Source: Macrostomum lignano (lineage: Eukaryota). From it: DNA of 64,000 bases. The notes under the pieces were generated by a model. It did not search any database and was not told where the DNA came from. It worked only from the letters and a program-made list of their open reading frames with translations. A program made the translations under genes and the position numbers. This document shows positions 62,663 to 64,000 of this stretch, in pieces; positions within the stretch are counted from its first letter, which is position 1; each line of letters starts with the position of its first letter. The DNA is taken from assembly GCA_002269645.1 (NCBI GenBank), contig NIVC01000461.1, positions 525,377-589,376 on the forward strand. The letters run 5' to 3'.

Positions 62663-64000
62663 TAGTTTTAGAAGAAGAAAAGCTTCTTATTTACTCAGTA
62701 GACAAACTGTTAGTAGACAAATTAACTAGAAACCTAATGGGTCATAGGAAATTGCCAAAGCACTTAATCTGAGAAGAGTTGGCACCAGAGGAATGTGTTA
62801 AGGTAAGAGTTGAAAAAGTTTCTATGCTTTTCAATGCCTATGTTTTTTGGTGCCTAGTGTAAAAAGAAATACTGATTTTGTTTAACTGGCATGTTTCTTT
62901 AATTTCAAAAAGTGAGTTGGTTTTTTGCATACATATATTAAAGCCTTTTTATATTTCTTAAAAAAAAATAATTTCAATGAAAAATTGACCTAAAAGTGAT
63001 ACAATTGAAAAATATAAGTTTCTTTATAAATAAATTGTCTGTATTTTAAAATGAGTTTAAATTGGTAGAAAATTTGTTTTAAATAAATTTAAGATCTAAT
63101 AGAATATAAAAGTGTATTTAAAGCATTTTCATATTTTTATTATATCTAGCAATATGATATGTGCAATGGTAAAATGAAAATAGCTAAAATGAACTATTTA
63201 TACTATTTAGGAATATTGATAATAAAGTATGGCTTAGTTTAATATTAAATGTTTAATAATTTTTTAAAAGCAAGGGCTATATGCATTCTAGTGCACTTTA
63301 AGTGGGAGTTATACAACTAGCAAAGGCATTATTTCTAATTCTGCTTACTTCCTAAGCAGGCACATAAGCACATAGATATATAATGATATGCATAGATATA
63401 AACTGATAAGAGTACAGTTGGGTTCATAGAAATATGTCAAAATTCTGCGGACTCAGTTGCTGGTGGGAAACCAATTGTGGCCCCTATCGACTCCAGGGAA
63501 TTCTCTGTCCTATATGTTACATTTATCTTTGAGAAAGTTGGTTTGTATAACTAAACCAACAGAGCAAGAAATTAACCTTGCTTTTGACTAAAAAATGCAA
63601 TGCAAGAAAAGATGGAGAGGGGCAATAATTAAAAGCTGACAAAATCCGTGTGGCAGCACATGATGACTGCATGGCAAAAAGCCAAAGAAAGGTCCTTCAA
63701 ACCAAATGGGACTTTAGAGCATGCAGTGAGGGTTCCTAAAGAGAAGGGAAGGTGGCCTCAATGAGTGGGAAGGAATGTTAAAGGCTCCACAGTATGACCC
63801 CCACCCCAATATAGACAATTTTGCTTTTTTAGGAAGCCTTTACTCAGCTTGCATTTTGTACTCATAACTGTACATAGTGGGAGTATTAGATCCATATCTA
63901 TCTCAAACCCTAATAAGGGTCATGATGTGCTAAAGGAGCAAAGTCTAGCTGGTCAAAGTCAAACTCTATCTTCTGTTCTACATTTTGAGCAGCCCCATGG

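Overview
Eukaryotic (metazoan) genomic DNA. GC-rich low-complexity exons, AT-rich spacers and minisatellite-stuffed introns suggest a free-living flatworm such as Macrostomum, but this is inference only. Three spliced genes were reconstructed by hand with frame-consistent GT-AG junctions: a DCAF6-like WD40 protein (minus, 2629-7090), a DUSP8/16-like MAP-kinase phosphatase (plus, about 14455-26186) and an atypical, probably Ca2+-independent synaptotagmin (minus, 42262-45235). The window also holds an 11.4-kb hierarchical satellite (28933-40369), many minisatellites, several decayed Tc1/mariner elements, MITEs and SINE relics. The standout is a full-length, intact 5.76-kb LOA/Lian-like non-LTR retrotransposon (49522-55285; ORF1 plus APE-RT-RNase H-zinc finger ORF2) flanked by a 12-13 bp target-site duplication (TSD) inside a (CTAGT)n tract. 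Its very first nucleotide is the G1 of a sequence that fits every element of an HDV-like self-cleaving ribozyme, and a strong splice-acceptor-like signal lies 2 nt before the ORF1 ATG. All folds, counts and homology calls were made by eye and from recalled family motifs; no searches were run.
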